This document shows positions 63,022 through 64,000 of a stretch of DNA of 64,000 nucleotides, in pieces. Numbering within the stretch: the first letter of the stretch is position 1; every line of letters starts with the position of its first letter. The DNA is taken from positions 1,056,001 through 1,120,000 of the forward strand of contig CBDCJH010000002.1 in assembly GCA_965217775.1 (NCBI GenBank), in the 5' to 3' direction. A program made the position numbers and the translations under genes. The stretch comes from Acidobacteriota bacterium. Lineage in GTDB: Bacteria > Acidobacteriota > UBA6911 > RPQK01 > JAJDTT01. The notes under the pieces were generated by a model. That model saw only the letters and a list, made by a program, of their open reading frames with translations, was not told where the DNA came from and searched no databases.

Positions 63022-64000
63022 ATGGACGCATTGAAGTGTGATCTTCTGATCGTGGGCGGCGGGGCAGCCGGGCTGCGGGCCGCGGTGGCGGCGGTCGAGG
63101 TTCAGCCGGACCTGGACATCGTCGTGGTCTCCAAGGTCTATCCCATGCGCAGCCACACGGTGTCGGCCGAGGGCGGCACGGCGGCCGTGCTGCGGGAATA
63201 CGACAGCCTGGATCTGCACTGCTTCGATACCATCCGTGGAAGTGACTACCTGGCGGACCAGGACGCCGTCGAGCTGTTCGTCGACACGGCTCCCGACGAA
63301 GTTCTGCAACTGGAGCACTGGGGATGTCCGTGGAGCCGGGACCGGGACGGCCGTATCAGCGTTCGGGCCTTCGGCGGCATGAGCGTCAAGCGAACCGTCT
63401 TCGCCTCGGACAAGACCGGCTTCCATATGCTCCACAGCCTCTTCCAGCACTCGCTCCGGTATGCCAGGATCCGCCGCTATGACGAGTGGTTCGTCACCTC
63501 TCTCCTGGTGGACGACGGCAAGTGCGTGGGAGTGACCGGCCTGGATCTGGCCACCGGACGGATTCAACCGATCCTGGCCAAGTCGGTGATGCTCTGTACG
63601 GGCGGAGGCGGCCGGATCTTCCCCTTCACCACCAACGGCAACATCAAGACCGGGGACGGGATGGCCATGGCCTACCGGGCCGGGGCGCCGTTGAAGGACA
63701 TGGAGTTCGTCCAGTACCATCCCACCGGCCTGCCCGGGACCGGAATCCTGATCACGGAGGCCTCCCGGGGCGAAGGCGGGTATCTTTTCAACCGCGAGGG
63801 CGAGAGGTTCCTGGAGCGCTATATCCCCGGCAAGATGGAACTGGGACCCAGGGACATCCTCTCCCGCGCCATCATTTCCGAACGTCAGGCGGGCCGGACC
63901 TTCGAAGGCCGGCATGGAGAGTATGTCCATCTCGATCTCACGCATCTGGGTGAGAAGGTCATCAACGAGAAGCTTCCCTTCGTCCGGGAGTTGGCGTCCA
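63022..64000 (+). CDS. Fumarate reductase/succinate dehydrogenase flavoprotein subunit (partial, runs off window)
   Basis: Manually translated: [50 protein letters not shown]. Confidence 0.93.
   Translation, partial: MDALKCDLLIVGGGAAGLRAAVAAVEVQPDLDIVVVSKVYPMRSHTVSAEGGTAAVLREYDSLDLHCFDTIRGSDYLADQDAVELFVDTAPDEVLQLEHWGCPWSRDRDGRISVRAFGGMSVKRTVFASDKTGFHMLHSLFQHSLRYARIRRYDEWFVTSLLVDDGKCVGVTGLDLATGRIQPILAKSVMLCTGGGGRIFPFTTNGNIKTGDGMAMAYRAGAPLKDMEFVQYHPTGLPGTGILITEASRGEGGYLFNREGERFLERYIPGKMELGPRDILSRAIISERQAGRTFEGRHGEYVHLDLTHLGEKVINEKLPFVRELAS

Overview
GC-rich bacterial chromosome segment, probably Acidobacteriota (GWxTD proteins, acidobacterial-type TonB receptor, DUF1501/DUF1553/planctomycete cytochrome c genes); the taxonomy is inferred from gene content only. 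No rRNA, tRNA or CRISPR array was seen. Most notable: (1) an operon in which a P1B-type metal ATPase is fused through a His-heptad linker to an HflK-like SPFH domain and is followed by hflC-like, hflK-like and small membrane genes, separate from a canonical hflKC pair; (2) a complete Campylobacter Cj1415-Cj1419-like phosphoramidate cassette led by a B12 radical SAM enzyme and a sulfotransferase-fold protein with an altered donor loop; (3) a 158-bp MITE (4 copies, 4-bp TSD, net 162 bp) that is open in all three frames of one strand and has added 54-aa peptides to two genes in different frames; (4) an IS110 inserted at a CT core inside a second MITE family whose empty copy is in the window, with target- and donor-matching words in its non-coding end; (5) a degenerate dCTP-deaminase-fold protein with 2 TM helices; (6) a GWxTD/TonB-receptor chimera interrupted by one in-frame TAA.
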